Sequence record: SRR31156797_1270
Direction: 5' to 3' (one strand)
Length of the DNA stretch: 64,000 nucleotides
Part shown: positions 1 to 11,108 of the stretch, one piece after another
Position numbering within the stretch: position 1 is the first letter of the stretch
How the letters are laid out: every line of letters starts with the position of its first letter
Program-made: the position numbers and the translations under genes
The notes under the pieces: model-generated
Told to the model about the DNA's origin: nothing
Database searches by the model: none
Seen by the model: the letters and a program-made list of their open reading frames with translations, nothing else

Positions 1-75
1 CAACGCATACTGCGATGGTAACACCATCTTCGCAAGGCTTTGCCCTGCGAACGAGACATACTTTAACTGATTCAT
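1..75 (-). CDS. Possible N-terminus of a gene running off the left edge (MNQLKYVSFAGQSLAKMVLPSQYAL...)
   Basis: Open frame from ATG at 75 to the window edge, divergent from the next gene across an AT-rich spacer; product not recognisable. Confidence 0.35.
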   Translation of the reverse strand, partial: MNQLKYVSFAGQSLAKMVLPSQYAL

Positions 76-281
76 TTATCCGGTCAACTATAAAATCTAT
101 ATTAATCAATCAAATGGTGAATAAACATCCTTTACAGTATATAAGTCCCGCAACCCGAACAACAAACAACCATAAATATTCCTTATTAGAGGTAACGCTG
201 GTTACAAATAAAAGTGTTGATTGATGTTTATTAACCTCACCACTGAAGGGTTTTTATTCATCCTAATTCAAGGCATAGTCA

Positions 282-1295
282 ATGAACCATTCATTGACTA
301 TGCCTTTTATGAAATTTCCAAAGCTTTCGATTCTTGATTTAGCACCCGTCTCACAAGGTAATGATTTCAACACCACATTTCGTCATTCAGTATCCCTTGC
401 ACAACATGCCGAAAAATGGGGATACACGCGTTTTTGGATGGCGGAACATCACAACATGCCTGATATCGCTAGCGCAGCAACTTCTGTTTTACTTAGCCAT
501 ATCGGTGCTCACACCCAAACTATCCGCCTTGGTTCGGGAGGTATAATGTTACCCAATCATGCTCCGCTCATTATTGCCGAGCAATTTGGTACATTAGAAG
601 CCCTGTATCCCGATAGAGTCGATTTAGGTTTGGGCCGTGCACCTGGAACGGACCATGCCACAATGCACGCTTTAAGGCGCGAGCCAGTAAGAATGGACCC
701 CGAGTTTGATGAACTTCTTGAAGAGCTCCAATTCTTTATGGGGCCTGTTTCTGACCACCAGCCGGTGAAAGCTTTTCCTGGTAACAACTCTAAAGTTCCT
801 ATTTGGCTACTGGGCTCCAGCACTTACAGCGCAAGACTGGCAGCAATCAAGGGTCTACCTTTTGCGTTTGCTGCACACTTTGCTCCTGATGCTATGCAAA
901 GAGCCTTAGACATATATCGAGATAACTTTCGCCCTTCCGAGCAACTCGATGAACCTTATGTGATGATCGGAGTTAACATTGTTGTCGCCGATACCGATCA
1001 GCAAGCTCAATTTCTCGGCACCACTGAAAAGCAGAAGTTCTTGTCTATGATTCGTGGTGAACGAACCAAGTTAGCCCCTCCAGTAAAAAGTATGGAACCA
1101 CTTTGGTTGGAACACGAAAAGCATCATATTCAAACTCAGCTTCGAGAATCGATTCATGGCAGTCCTGAAACTGTTCAATGTGGCGTTAAGGATTTAGTCA
1201 ATCGAACCCAAGCCAATGAAATAATGGTGAATTCGATGATTTTCGATCACAGTGCTAAGTTACATTCCTATCAATTACTGTCGAACATATTGTAA
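282..1295 (+). CDS. Luciferase-like (LLM class) flavin-dependent oxidoreductase, YhbW-like
   Basis: [40 protein letters not shown] and WLLGSS motifs; true start may be slightly downstream. Confidence 0.9.
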   Translation: MNHSLTMPFMKFPKLSILDLAPVSQGNDFNTTFRHSVSLAQHAEKWGYTRFWMAEHHNMPDIASAATSVLLSHIGAHTQTIRLGSGGIMLPNHAPLIIAEQFGTLEALYPDRVDLGLGRAPGTDHATMHALRREPVRMDPEFDELLEELQFFMGPVSDHQPVKAFPGNNSKVPIWLLGSSTYSARLAAIKGLPFAFAAHFAPDAMQRALDIYRDNFRPSEQLDEPYVMIGVNIVVADTDQQAQFLGTTEKQKFLSMIRGERTKLAPPVKSMEPLWLEHEKHHIQTQLRESIHGSPETVQCGVKDLVNRTQANEIMVNSMIFDHSAKLHSYQLLSNIL

Positions 1296-1545
1296 TACGC
1301 ACCACCTGATAATGACGGTTGGTTAAGAGCGATACTTTTAATCAACCACTTTTATATCCCAACCCCCTCCACATTTGTCTCACTGATAATACAGCACAGA
1401 AATTTTCAACGAGCTAAATCCCAAAACACGAACAAAAATTGAAAAGCAGTGATTTTTATGTACAATCGTCCGCTTATTTACAGTGTTGTTAGTACAAAAT
1501 ATGCACTAATTGTTTGGAAACAACATAATATATCAGGGAGTTCTG

Positions 1546-2967
1546 ATGGAACTATTAGAATCATTTTTTGGGATAATTGGGGATTTGACATGGGGATGGG
1601 CGCTTGTTCCCTTTCTAGTCATCTTCGGTCTATTTTTTACTATTGTGACTGACTTTGTTCAGTTCCGTTTCTTTAAACGCATGTTCCGCGTTCTATTAAC
1701 TAAAAACCAAACTGCCGATAAGAAAGCGATTACTGGTCGTGAAGCACTTTTACTTTCCATCGGTGGCCGTGTTGGTGGTGGTAACATTGCTGGTGTTGCA
1801 GTTGCAATTACCTTAGGTGGTCCAGGTGCCGTATTCTGGATGTGGGCTATCGCACTTGTTGGTATGGCAACAAGTTTAGTGGAATGTTCTCTTGCTCAGC
1901 TATTTAAAAGAAAAGAAGGCAATGAGTTCCGTGGTGGCGCTGCACGCACTATTATTCACGGTTTAGGTGAAGATTACCGTTGGTTAGCATACCTATATGC
2001 TATCTGTTTGATTGCCTCTTTTGCTATTGGCTTTAATGCTTTCCAAGGTAATACCGTTGCTGGTGCTGCAGCCGACAGCTTAGGCATTGACCGTATGTAT
2101 ACTGGCGTATTCTTAGCCATTGTCGTCGGTTTTATCATCTATGGTGGTATCCATCGTATTGCTAAGGCAGCAGACGTAATTGTTCCTATTATGGCTCTCG
2201 CTTATGTAGGTATCGCTCTGTTAATCATCGTGATGAACATTACTGAGATCCCAGGTGTTATCGCAACGATTGTGAAGAATGCATTCGGCATTGAAGAAGC
2301 CGTTAGTGGCGGTATGGGCGCAGCATTAGCGCAAGGTCTGCGTCGCGGCTTGTTCTCGAATGAGGCTGGCTTAGGTTCAGCACCAAACGTCGCAGCGACA
2401 GCGGATGTTAGCCACCCTATTAGCCAAGGTATTACGCAGTCATTATCAGTTTTCATCGATACAATTATCGTATGTAGCTGTACTGCTTTCGTTATTCTAT
2501 TGGGCGATGTCTATGTTCCAGGCGCTCAAGGCGTTGATGGTGTGGTTCTTACTCAACAATCGTTGGTTTCACACCTAGGTTCTTGGGCTCAATACTACTT
2601 AACGTTTGCTATCTTGCTGTTCTCGTTCAGCTCGGTAATTTACAACTACTACCTTGGTGAAAATGCACTAACGTTTATGTCTAAGAGCAAGTTGTCTGTG
2701 CATATTTTACGTGCCGCCGTTATTGCAATGGTGTTTATTGGAGCAGTAGCACCGGCAGCAACTTCTGTTTTCTTCTTCTCAGATCCTATGATGGGTATTC
2801 TAGCGATCGTGAACTTACTTGCACTACTGATGCTGTTCCCAACAGCCATCCGCTTATTAAAGGATTACCGCCAGAAGCTTGCTGAAGGCTCTGAGCATCC
2901 TGAGTTTAACCCAGATGAGTTCCCAGATTTAGATATCGACCGCACAGCTTGGGTATCTAAGAAGTAA
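1546..2967 (+). CDS. Alanine/glycine:cation symporter (AGCS family)
   Basis: GNIAGVA..GGPGAVFWMW and RGLFSNEAGLGSAP signatures; GGGAG RBS before ATG 1546. Confidence 0.93.
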   Translation: MELLESFFGIIGDLTWGWALVPFLVIFGLFFTIVTDFVQFRFFKRMFRVLLTKNQTADKKAITGREALLLSIGGRVGGGNIAGVAVAITLGGPGAVFWMWAIALVGMATSLVECSLAQLFKRKEGNEFRGGAARTIIHGLGEDYRWLAYLYAICLIASFAIGFNAFQGNTVAGAAADSLGIDRMYTGVFLAIVVGFIIYGGIHRIAKAADVIVPIMALAYVGIALLIIVMNITEIPGVIATIVKNAFGIEEAVSGGMGAALAQGLRRGLFSNEAGLGSAPNVAATADVSHPISQGITQSLSVFIDTIIVCSCTAFVILLGDVYVPGAQGVDGVVLTQQSLVSHLGSWAQYYLTFAILLFSFSSVIYNYYLGENALTFMSKSKLSVHILRAAVIAMVFIGAVAPAATSVFFFSDPMMGILAIVNLLALLMLFPTAIRLLKDYRQKLAEGSEHPEFNPDEFPDLDIDRTAWVSKK

Positions 2968-2986
2968 CGGTATTTAAACTAATGAT

Positions 2987-3022
2987 AAAGCCCCGAAGAT
3001 GAAATCATCGGGGCTTTTTTTA
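2987..3022. terminator. Bidirectional intrinsic terminator
   Basis: AAAGCCCCGA...TCGGGGCTTTTTTT hairpin between convergent genes. Confidence 0.85.
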
Positions 3023-3031
3023 TTACTGCTA

Positions 3032-4477
3032 TTACCATTTTTTAGCCAAACGGCCAATGAGGTTAGGATGATAGTGCCAACAGTGATCAAACATACTCAT
3101 TAACTCTGGATTTCCATAACGTGACAAGCTGATCGCATGAAAGCGATTTTTCTTACGCTTGAGGAGCTCCACTTGGTTCAATACCGTTTCATCTTGCTTG
3201 GGTGCAATAAAATCGGAAATAACCACCAAGTCTGCATTTTTGTATTTACCCTCAGACATGAGTTCTACCGACTGTTTCAAAACCGGGGCTAAGTCTGTTC
3301 CTCCACGAAATGTGTAACTCAAAAAGTCACTGACTTCTCGTAACCCATCTTGTTTGGTTAGCTCGTAGGTAATATGTTCGGTGGAAAACAGCATCACATA
3401 ACAATCACGATCACCAGCTAAAGCAATTTGCATCAGTGCATAGGCCATTGCCTTAGCACATTGTTCAGGAAAGCCGTTCATCGAGCCCGATGCGTCAACG
3501 CAAACGATGAAAGGGCCTTGCTCAATATCGGCTTTGCTGTTCTCTGGTTTATGAGCTTTAACTTTACGTAAGGTTCTGGATTTGCCCTGCATTTTATAGT
3601 TCATCAGTCTTTTATCGACCAAGTGCTTATAAAACACCACTTCCAGCTCTGGATAAGCTAAGAATAGCGTTTCGTTGGGCAGCATTTTATTAAGATCGTC
3701 GCTTTCATGAATACCAACAATATCGTCGGTCGCTTCATCAGACCTCTCTTCGACCATCTGCAGCTCTTCGTTTGGCGCTCGATTGAGCTCTGGATCATCA
3801 ACCTCACTCGCCATCCGCCCCAGTTTCTCTGCAATATCTTGTAAGGTTTGATGTTTTTTTAAGAACTCTGCGTGGCGTTTCATCACCGTCAAATCGTTGC
3901 GGCTCAGCTTTGCAGCCGCCATATCCCACAAACGTCCGACACTGTTTTCATCGCCCGACTCAGTAAGGTTATCCATATTGCGCATGGTTTCCATACGCTG
4001 GTATAACTCTTCTAATACCTTCTCTTTACTGATTTCCAACTCATTAATTTGCGCCTGTTTGACTGCAACACTTAACGCTTTATACCATTGGTCACAAAAG
4101 AAGTGCGGGAACATTGGGTTATTCACGCTTTTGTTGTCTTCAATTAAACGACGAGCCTGGTTATAGAACGCTGAATGCCACTCCAGCTTTTTTACGACCT
4201 CATCGATTTTTTCGAAAAACGCGTCTTCGTCCCAGTGAATGACCTCTTGGTAAAGTGCCAACTCGGTGCGAAAACGCTCGGTTTCACACACCTTGGTCAT
4301 GCGCTTTTTGACTGAACCTCGCCATTTTGCAAGGTGATTTTTAACCGACGTACGAACCCCATTATTTTCACGGGAAAGCATCATTTGTGAACGCGCGAGT
4401 AAGTCGTTAGTTGCAGTTTCTATTACCCCACTATCGGCAATCATCAGTACCAATTCGAAACCGTCTGCGCCTAACAT
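3032..4477 (-). CDS. viaA: ViaA, VWA-domain partner of RavA
   Basis: MIDAS motif CVDASGSM, GGTD and VISDF; immediately downstream of ravA. Confidence 0.93.
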   Translation of the reverse strand: MLGADGFELVLMIADSGVIETATNDLLARSQMMLSRENNGVRTSVKNHLAKWRGSVKKRMTKVCETERFRTELALYQEVIHWDEDAFFEKIDEVVKKLEWHSAFYNQARRLIEDNKSVNNPMFPHFFCDQWYKALSVAVKQAQINELEISKEKVLEELYQRMETMRNMDNLTESGDENSVGRLWDMAAAKLSRNDLTVMKRHAEFLKKHQTLQDIAEKLGRMASEVDDPELNRAPNEELQMVEERSDEATDDIVGIHESDDLNKMLPNETLFLAYPELEVVFYKHLVDKRLMNYKMQGKSRTLRKVKAHKPENSKADIEQGPFIVCVDASGSMNGFPEQCAKAMAYALMQIALAGDRDCYVMLFSTEHITYELTKQDGLREVSDFLSYTFRGGTDLAPVLKQSVELMSEGKYKNADLVVISDFIAPKQDETVLNQVELLKRKKNRFHAISLSRYGNPELMSMFDHCWHYHPNLIGRLAKKW

Positions 4478-4486
4478 AGGTTATCC

Positions 4487-6145
4487 TTACTCAAAAAACT
4501 GATTGAGGTTACGAATACGCTGCGCGCTTCGGTTACACTGATCTGAAGTTGTTTCTAACTGCTGTTGTAAACTGTGTAGTGTTGACTCCATGGCTGTTGG
4601 TATCTGTGGGTCAATAAAGTTATGGGGTAACGCACCATGAAAGTTAGAACGCACTTTGCGTAAATGGTGTTCAGCCTGTTTCAATTGAGCCAAAGACTGT
4701 TCCGTTTTTGTCAGCCAATCCTGATACAAGCCTTCGTCCAATCCTTCTTGGGTAACTAATGCGACCATTACAGAGCGATTGGCAATGTCTTTTATGATCA
4801 GGTTGTTTGAGGCATCAACATCAAACTTCAAACGGCATAAATTGGTGTTTTGGTTTACGTAACCATACACATCACCTTCACCATCTTTGATTACCCGTTC
4901 CAAATCAGAATTGGCAACATAAACCCAACGAGAATCGCCTTTTTCAGATTCAGAGACTGACATGTTGCTTTGCAGAAGAACCAGCTTGTTGAGCCCCGAA
5001 GCGGTACCTACTTGATACGATTTTGCCCCTTTGATGTCATATTGATTAACCTGTTTTTTCTTGATTAATCCTGTCGCCGTTTCCAAAGACAACATCATGC
5101 CAAACTCGGATTCAATTTCTTCCTGCACCGCTGAAATTTCTTCACGGCAGAGATCCATCTGATGCTCAACTTCCATCTGATCAAACGCGTACTTCAACGC
5201 AAACTCTTTGACCACCTCATGGACCACTTCTCTCGATTCAGGACTGTTCCACAAGCAGTCTTGAAGCAGCAAAATATCAAGCGGATTCACTGAGTCACGT
5301 CCATTAAAGAATGCGCTTGCCTTTAGCAATTTCACGGATTTTTTCCAACGACGATCAGAGACATACATATCCATCTCGGACAACGGCCCTTTTTCGGTCG
5401 CAGCTTCAATCATCTGTTTTAGCTGGAACAGTTTTTCAAACACTTCATCATTGAGCGTTAAACTATCCAGTTGCTTTTGCCAGGTGTGGTACTCGAGATC
5501 AGTTATCGCTAAACCATCAGGAATTTGCGCCTCCTGCGGTGTACCTACCGTGAGCATAGATTTAAAGTTTTGCTTGTTTTGAATACGATTGACAAACACT
5601 CGTACCAACATGCGGTCATAGAGCGCATCTAAACCGCTATCCTCATCAGGAAGCTCGTTGGAAGCTGAAATTAAAAGACGCATTGGTACGCGTTCTATAT
5701 CACTACCGTTCTTAAACGTTTTTTCGTTTACTACGGTAAGCAAAGTGTTCAGGATCGCAGGTCCAGCTTTCCAAATTTCATCGAGAAACACCACTTGTGC
5801 GGTCGGCAAGTACCCTTTGGTCAGCCGAACATAGCGACCATTATCTTTTAATTCTTGGATACTTAGCGGACCGAATACTTCTTCAGGCGTTGAAAAGCGA
5901 GTCATCAGATACTCAAAATAACTACTGTTATCAAAAGCTTGAATTAAACGTTTGGCAATTAGACTCTTCGCAATACCCGGAGGCCCCAATAAGAAAACGC
6001 TTTCTCCTGCTAACGCCGCAAGTAAGCACAACTTAATCGTGCTTTCACGCTCATAAACACCATCAGACAAAGCTTGAGAGAGTTTGTTTATACGTTCAGA
6101 TAGCAACGCCTTTTGTCCATGAGAGGCATGGTAAACTTGAGTCAT
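4487..6145 (-). CDS. ravA: RavA, MoxR-family AAA+ ATPase
   Basis: Walker A GPPGIAKS, Walker [31 protein letters not shown]. Confidence 0.93.
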   Translation of the reverse strand: MTQVYHASHGQKALLSERINKLSQALSDGVYERESTIKLCLLAALAGESVFLLGPPGIAKSLIAKRLIQAFDNSSYFEYLMTRFSTPEEVFGPLSIQELKDNGRYVRLTKGYLPTAQVVFLDEIWKAGPAILNTLLTVVNEKTFKNGSDIERVPMRLLISASNELPDEDSGLDALYDRMLVRVFVNRIQNKQNFKSMLTVGTPQEAQIPDGLAITDLEYHTWQKQLDSLTLNDEVFEKLFQLKQMIEAATEKGPLSEMDMYVSDRRWKKSVKLLKASAFFNGRDSVNPLDILLLQDCLWNSPESREVVHEVVKEFALKYAFDQMEVEHQMDLCREEISAVQEEIESEFGMMLSLETATGLIKKKQVNQYDIKGAKSYQVGTASGLNKLVLLQSNMSVSESEKGDSRWVYVANSDLERVIKDGEGDVYGYVNQNTNLCRLKFDVDASNNLIIKDIANRSVMVALVTQEGLDEGLYQDWLTKTEQSLAQLKQAEHHLRKVRSNFHGALPHNFIDPQIPTAMESTLHSLQQQLETTSDQCNRSAQRIRNLNQFFE

Positions 6146-6433
6146 TATTGCTCTCCTAAGCGGGCCAAAACTATTTCTTACAAAAAAGTTTACACTTTTG
6201 TTGTAAATTTGTTAATTCCGCAATTTAAAATTGGGCAAGACGTTATATCAAACGAACTTACACTGAAACATGATGTAACCATAGTTTGCAGTTTTATGAC
6301 TAACTACTCAATAAAACACGAAAAAAGTTCGGTAAACATAAAGAATGTCATTGAGTGCATATCAACAAATACGCTAAGGTATTTAACTTCTCCATTGCCT
6401 AACTGGCTTTAATTCACCAACACGATGAGTTGC

Positions 6434-6949
6434 ATGAGCAAAACGATACATTCATGGAAGGCTATCTCTCTTATTCAAGAAGATGTTTCGCTTCCAACGG
6501 GAAAATCCATCACCCACACAACTATTGCTCACCCAGGAGCCGCTGTTATTCTGCCGATCACGTCAGACAACACTATTATTTTAGTCAATCAATTCAGACC
6601 TTCGTTAAAAAAGTGGTTGCTTGAGTTACCAGCAGGTACCATTGAAGCAGGCGAGATTCCACTCACCTGTGCACGCCGCGAGCTTGAAGAAGAGACGGGA
6701 TACAGTTCAGAGAACCTAACGGAGTTAGGGCAGTTCACGCCATTGGCCGGCTTTTGTGATGAAATACAACACCTATTTATTGCCAAAGATCTGAAAAAAA
6801 CGGCGCGTCTAGATTGTGATGATGACGAAGTGATTGAAGTCCTCGAATTGTCGATAAATGCGATCGAACAAAAAATTAAAAACGGCGATATCACTGACTC
6901 AAAAACGATCGCCTGCTTGTATAAAGCCAAATTGTGCGGTTACTTATAA
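6434..6949 (+). CDS. Nudix hydrolase (ADP-ribose pyrophosphatase-like)
   Basis: Nudix box GTIEAGEIPLTCARRELEEETG; ELPAG. Confidence 0.9.
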   Translation: MSKTIHSWKAISLIQEDVSLPTGKSITHTTIAHPGAAVILPITSDNTIILVNQFRPSLKKWLLELPAGTIEAGEIPLTCARRELEEETGYSSENLTELGQFTPLAGFCDEIQHLFIAKDLKKTARLDCDDDEVIEVLELSINAIEQKIKNGDITDSKTIACLYKAKLCGYL

Positions 6950-6958
6950 GGATAAACT

Positions 6959-7972
6959 ATGGACTTTCGCTCTGATACCGTAACTCAACCAACACCTGCT
7001 ATGCGTGACGCTATGGCCAATGCTCCTGTGGGCGATGACGTTTATGGCGACGACCCTACCGTCAATGGTCTTGAAAGTTGGGCGGCCGAAAGACACGGTT
7101 TTGAAGCGGCGCTTTTTACCACATCCGGCACACAAGCAAACCTATTAGCACTAATGAGTCACTGTGAGCGTGGCGATGAGTATTTATGTGGTCAACAAGC
7201 CCATAACTACATGTTTGAAGCTGGCGGTGCGGCTGTACTTGGCTCAATTCAGCCTCAGCCAATTGAAAACAACCCTGACGGTACGTTGGATTTCAATAAA
7301 CTGAAAGCTGCGATTAAACCCGATGATTTTCATTTCGCCCGAACTCGTTTACTCAGTTTGGAAAACACCATCAACGGTAAAGTGCTGCCTATGAGCTACC
7401 TAAAGCAAGCGCGTGAATTTGTCGATCAAAACAATTTAAAGTTGCACTTGGATGGTGCTCGTGTCTACAACGCCGCTGTGGCTCTTGATACTGATGTTGC
7501 AAACATCGCACAATATTTCGATTCAATGACCATATGCTTGTCTAAAGGGTTAGCGGCTCCTGTCGGTTCCCTGCTCCTTGGCAACAAAGAGTACATCGCC
7601 AAAGCAAGGCGTATTCGTAAAATGCTTGGCGGTGGTATGCGACAAGCTGGCGTATTGGCTGCAGCGGGTAAAATTGCATTAACGGAACAAGTTGCCCAAC
7701 TCAAACATGACCACGATAACGCCAAACATTTAGCTATTGGGTTATCGAAAATTCCCGGCTTTTCTCTTAAGCCAGAATGGGTTCAAACCAACATTGTGTT
7801 TGCTAAGATCGATTCATCTATCGATATTCACCAATTAGCGTTATCTTTAAGCGAAGAAGGTATTATTTTTTCTCCCGGTAACCCCGTTCGATTTGTTACT
7901 CATAAAGATATTTCGAGAGAAGATATCGATTTACTGCTCTCAAAGTTAACTTTACGGTTAACAAACGTCTAA
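6959..7972 (+). CDS. ltaE: Low-specificity L-threonine aldolase
   Basis: MDFRSDTVTQPT, GDDVYGDDPTV, HLDGAR and the PLP-lysine motif CLSKGL. Confidence 0.95.
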   Translation: MDFRSDTVTQPTPAMRDAMANAPVGDDVYGDDPTVNGLESWAAERHGFEAALFTTSGTQANLLALMSHCERGDEYLCGQQAHNYMFEAGGAAVLGSIQPQPIENNPDGTLDFNKLKAAIKPDDFHFARTRLLSLENTINGKVLPMSYLKQAREFVDQNNLKLHLDGARVYNAAVALDTDVANIAQYFDSMTICLSKGLAAPVGSLLLGNKEYIAKARRIRKMLGGGMRQAGVLAAAGKIALTEQVAQLKHDHDNAKHLAIGLSKIPGFSLKPEWVQTNIVFAKIDSSIDIHQLALSLSEEGIIFSPGNPVRFVTHKDISREDIDLLLSKLTLRLTNV

Positions 7973-8077
7973 TCAGAGTTTTATCGCCTTGAAAGGGGCT
8001 ATACCCCTCTTTTTTACGTGAAAATATTAGCAAATTCTGGTACAACATCGCCCATATACCAAAATGATAAAATTGAT

Positions 8078-8809
8078 ATGACTGACAAGAAGCAAGGACG
8101 TCGCAGTGCCAATGACGCCTACAAAACTCGACTTCATATTTTGAAAGAAGCCACTGACTTGTTTTGCCTATTTGGCTACGACCGCGTATCTCTGCGTAAC
8201 ATTAGTGACAAAGCGGGAATTTCTCATAGTCTTATCCGTCACCACTTTGGTAGCAAAGAAAAAATCTGGCGTTATATCAGCGATGGTATCCATCACTATA
8301 TGGAAGTTTACTTACGTAAAGTATTGGATAACATTCCACAAGATACACCAGTTAATCTTAAGCTTTACTACTTTACTATGCGCCTCACAGCACATGGCTT
8401 AATTGTGCAACAGCCTATTCGTTTTCTCGCCGATACGGTTCGTCAGGAAGGCGAAATGTTCGACTATTTTATTGATACGGCTGGTGAAATTGAAAATATT
8501 GTCGAAGGTTTAGCGCAGCAATACAACGAACAGTATCCCGACGAACAGATTAAAGTTTGGGAAATTAAGTGGCAAATGCTTATGTACACACACAGTGCCG
8601 CTAGCCTCGCCCCATTTTTAAGAGAAACCTGGGCGGATGAGCTGGATAACTATGACGATTGCTTGTTACGTCACTGGTCACTGTTTAACGAGGTTATGGC
8701 CAATAAGTTTAACATTGCGCAAGAAGACATGATTCGCCCAAACAGCGTAAAAGAACTGGTTTACCAGTTGGATTATGATTGGGAAGAAGAGTGCGCTAAA
8801 AAACTATAA
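8078..8809 (+). CDS. TetR/AcrR family transcriptional regulator
   Basis: N-terminal HTH SLRNISDKAGISHSLIRHHFGSKEKIW. Confidence 0.88.
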   Translation: MTDKKQGRRSANDAYKTRLHILKEATDLFCLFGYDRVSLRNISDKAGISHSLIRHHFGSKEKIWRYISDGIHHYMEVYLRKVLDNIPQDTPVNLKLYYFTMRLTAHGLIVQQPIRFLADTVRQEGEMFDYFIDTAGEIENIVEGLAQQYNEQYPDEQIKVWEIKWQMLMYTHSAASLAPFLRETWADELDNYDDCLLRHWSLFNEVMANKFNIAQEDMIRPNSVKELVYQLDYDWEEECAKKL

Positions 8810-8830
8810 TCCTGAAATAACACCCTATTA

Positions 8831-8867
8831 AACAAAAGGCTGATTGAATATCAATCAGCCTTTTGTT
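8831..8867. terminator. Bidirectional intrinsic terminator
   Basis: AACAAAAGGCTGATTGA-ATA-TCAATCAGCCTTTTGTT perfect inverted repeat between convergent genes. Confidence 0.85.
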
Positions 8868-8897
8868 TATCTGCAATGACTGTAGCCACTGCAGCTG

Positions 8898-10166
8898 CTA
8901 TTTTTTCTTACCACGCCCTGCATGAATTTTCATTTTGGCTTTCATTTTGCGTTTTTCCGATGAGCGACTGTTACGCTTAGCCGGTGTACGCTCATCAAAG
9001 ATAGGTTCTACCGATGGTTCAAAGCCTTGCAACCACTCTTGTGGCAGACGCTGGTCAAGTAACCTTTCCACTGCATGTAACAAAGGCTCTTCTTCTTGGC
9101 ACATTAACGACACAGCAAAGCCAGCCTTACCTGCCCTCCCCGTTCGTCCAATTCGGTGAACATAATCTTCTGCTTTAAATGGCATATCGAAATTAACCAC
9201 TTGTTCCAGCTGCTCAATATCTAATCCGCGAGCGGCAACATCGGTCGCGATTAATGCCCGGATTTTACCTGACTTAAAGTCATCCAAAGCCTTTTGTCTT
9301 GCACCTTGGCTCTTGTCTCCATTTATCGAAGCGGCCTTGATTCCATCTAATTTCAGCTCTTTGGCTAATGCATCACTACCTTGTTTGGTTTTGGTAAACA
9401 CCAACACTTGTTGCCAGTTGCGTGAACCTATCAGATAAGCCAATAACTCCCGCTTACGACTTTTATTAACCGGGTACACCATTTGCTCGACAGTATCCGC
9501 GGTTGAATTACTTGGTGATACTTGTACTTCAACTGGGTCGAACATCATCCGATACGCAACAGTTTTGATTTTTTGATCAAACGTTGCCGAGAAAAACAGT
9601 GTCTGACGCGCTCGGTTGAGTTTGCGAAGCACTCTCTGAATATCAGGCATGAACCCCATGTCCAGCATTCGGTCAGCTTCATCTAACACCAATACTTCGG
9701 TGTTACCCAAGTAAATGGTTTTCACATGGGCGTGATCGAGCAGACGTCCAGGAGTAGCAATAAGAATATCAGCCCCACCTTTGAGGTTCTGAACTTGCAC
9801 CTTCATACTGGTACCGCCATAAGCAGTGACAATTTTCACCTGTTCACTACCCGCATAGGCAGTTAGGTTATCAAAGACCTGCTGCGCCAACTCGCGTGTA
9901 GGAACAAGGATTAGGGAACGAACATCTTTATTGGTTTGATCAACCGATGTTGGATTTTGGATAAATCGCTGAATCAAAGGCAAACCAAAGGCCGCTGTTT
10001 TTCCTGTACCCGTCTGGGCTCCAGCTAAAACATCTCTACCTTGTAGGACTTCAGGGATCGCTTTTTCTTGAATAGCTGTCGGAGTATCAATCCCTAAACC
10101 GTTTAATGTGGACACCAAATTAGGTTCAATACCCAACTGCGAAAAAGATAGTGAATGTTCAGACAT
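8898..10166 (-). CDS. DEAD-box ATP-dependent RNA helicase (RhlE-like)
   Basis: Q motif, AQTGTGKT, PTRELA, DEAD, SAT and HRIGRTGRAG; basic C-terminal tail. Confidence 0.95.
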   Translation of the reverse strand: MSEHSLSFSQLGIEPNLVSTLNGLGIDTPTAIQEKAIPEVLQGRDVLAGAQTGTGKTAAFGLPLIQRFIQNPTSVDQTNKDVRSLILVPTRELAQQVFDNLTAYAGSEQVKIVTAYGGTSMKVQVQNLKGGADILIATPGRLLDHAHVKTIYLGNTEVLVLDEADRMLDMGFMPDIQRVLRKLNRARQTLFFSATFDQKIKTVAYRMMFDPVEVQVSPSNSTADTVEQMVYPVNKSRKRELLAYLIGSRNWQQVLVFTKTKQGSDALAKELKLDGIKAASINGDKSQGARQKALDDFKSGKIRALIATDVAARGLDIEQLEQVVNFDMPFKAEDYVHRIGRTGRAGKAGFAVSLMCQEEEPLLHAVERLLDQRLPQEWLQGFEPSVEPIFDERTPAKRNSRSSEKRKMKAKMKIHAGRGKKK

Positions 10167-10247
10167 GGGAAAATCGTTAATCTTAAGGAGAAAAAATATG
10201 GCTAATGAAGCCCGCTATGGAACATCATCAAATTGATGTGAAGTCTA

Positions 10248-10835
10248 TCAAATTCCAATCCGTTTGGCTTTCACTAATACATCCGGATAGAGCTCAAAGA
10301 AGATATTTTCGAAGAATTCGTAATGTTCAAGCAAAGCCTGATAACACTGCGTGAGGGGTGCCATTCGGTCGCTGCGTAAAGACATCCTCTGCAACGCAAA
10401 CTGAATATTGTCTAAGTCTCGGTATGACTCAAGCCACCTGCCGCGCCACATTTTTTCGGTAACCAGCAGAAATCGTTCTGGAAGCTTGTCCTGCAAACCA
10501 TAATCGAGTTTTACTCGGGTTTCTGCAGTAGCATGAAATTCCGCTAACGGTAAGCAATGAAACTGTTGCCAATGCTTAGCTAAAAAGTGGTCCCAAAACA
10601 TATCAAGTGCAATCGGAGAGAACCGGCGAGTTTTAAGGCAAAACTTTGCTTTAGAGACAGACATCAGGTCATGGCTATCAGTATAGGCATCAACCCAACG
10701 ATGTAATCGAATCCCTTGTGCGACATCCACGCCATACTGCTTGCTGGGGTCACCTTTCACAAAGTCCCCCAACAGATTTCCGAGTAAGTTGCTGTCAGAT
10801 TGTTCAGCAATATGCAGATGTGCAAGATAATTCAT
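10248..10835 (-). CDS. acpH: Acyl carrier protein phosphodiesterase
   Basis: MNYLAHL, GNLLGDFVKG, GIRLHRWVDAYTDSH, DHFLAKHW. Confidence 0.88.
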   Translation of the reverse strand: MNYLAHLHIAEQSDSNLLGNLLGDFVKGDPSKQYGVDVAQGIRLHRWVDAYTDSHDLMSVSKAKFCLKTRRFSPIALDMFWDHFLAKHWQQFHCLPLAEFHATAETRVKLDYGLQDKLPERFLLVTEKMWRGRWLESYRDLDNIQFALQRMSLRSDRMAPLTQCYQALLEHYEFFENIFFELYPDVLVKAKRIGI

Positions 10836-10941
10836 AGCTAACTGTTTAAACTCCAAACACGGCTTATAGGATTCGTTTAGTGTAATCGAACCAAAGACAC
10901 CGAGCTTGCTTATTTCTAGCCTTACTAAAAAACAAATTGAG

Positions 10942-10981
10942 TGTAAATTTTAATGTACAAAAATGGAATTTAAATTTTACA
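10942..10981. promoter_or_regulatory. Tandem TyrR boxes upstream of tyrP
   Basis: TGTAAA-TTTTAA-TGTACA (10942-10959) and TGGAAT-TTAAAT-TTTACA (10964-10981) versus consensus TGTAAA-N6-TTTACA. Confidence 0.75.
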
Positions 10982-11108
10982 AACAGGTTGATCTTTACGT
11001 AATACTTCTACAGAATAGCGTTCATTCAGATAATAAAACCATAAAACATGGTCAAATATCGAACATAAATCTCAACAAACACAACAACAGTAAAAATAAG
11101 TTTACACA

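Noticed and set aside
192-205. Palindrome GTAAC-GCTG-GTTAC
   Set aside because: Only 5-bp arms, single copy, no assignable regulator
15-224. 69-aa plus-strand ORF
   Set aside because: Runs through an AT-rich promoter-like spacer, overlaps a more plausible minus-strand start, and has no recognisable motif
1296-1545. Glycine riboswitch upstream of the AGCS symporter
   Set aside because: No GGAGA...CCGAAG...CTCTCAGG aptamer signature is visible; none seen upstream of gcvT or gcvH either
6113-6412. 99-aa ORF between ravA and the Nudix gene
   Set aside because: Spans the divergent promoter region, overlaps ravA, and has atypical composition
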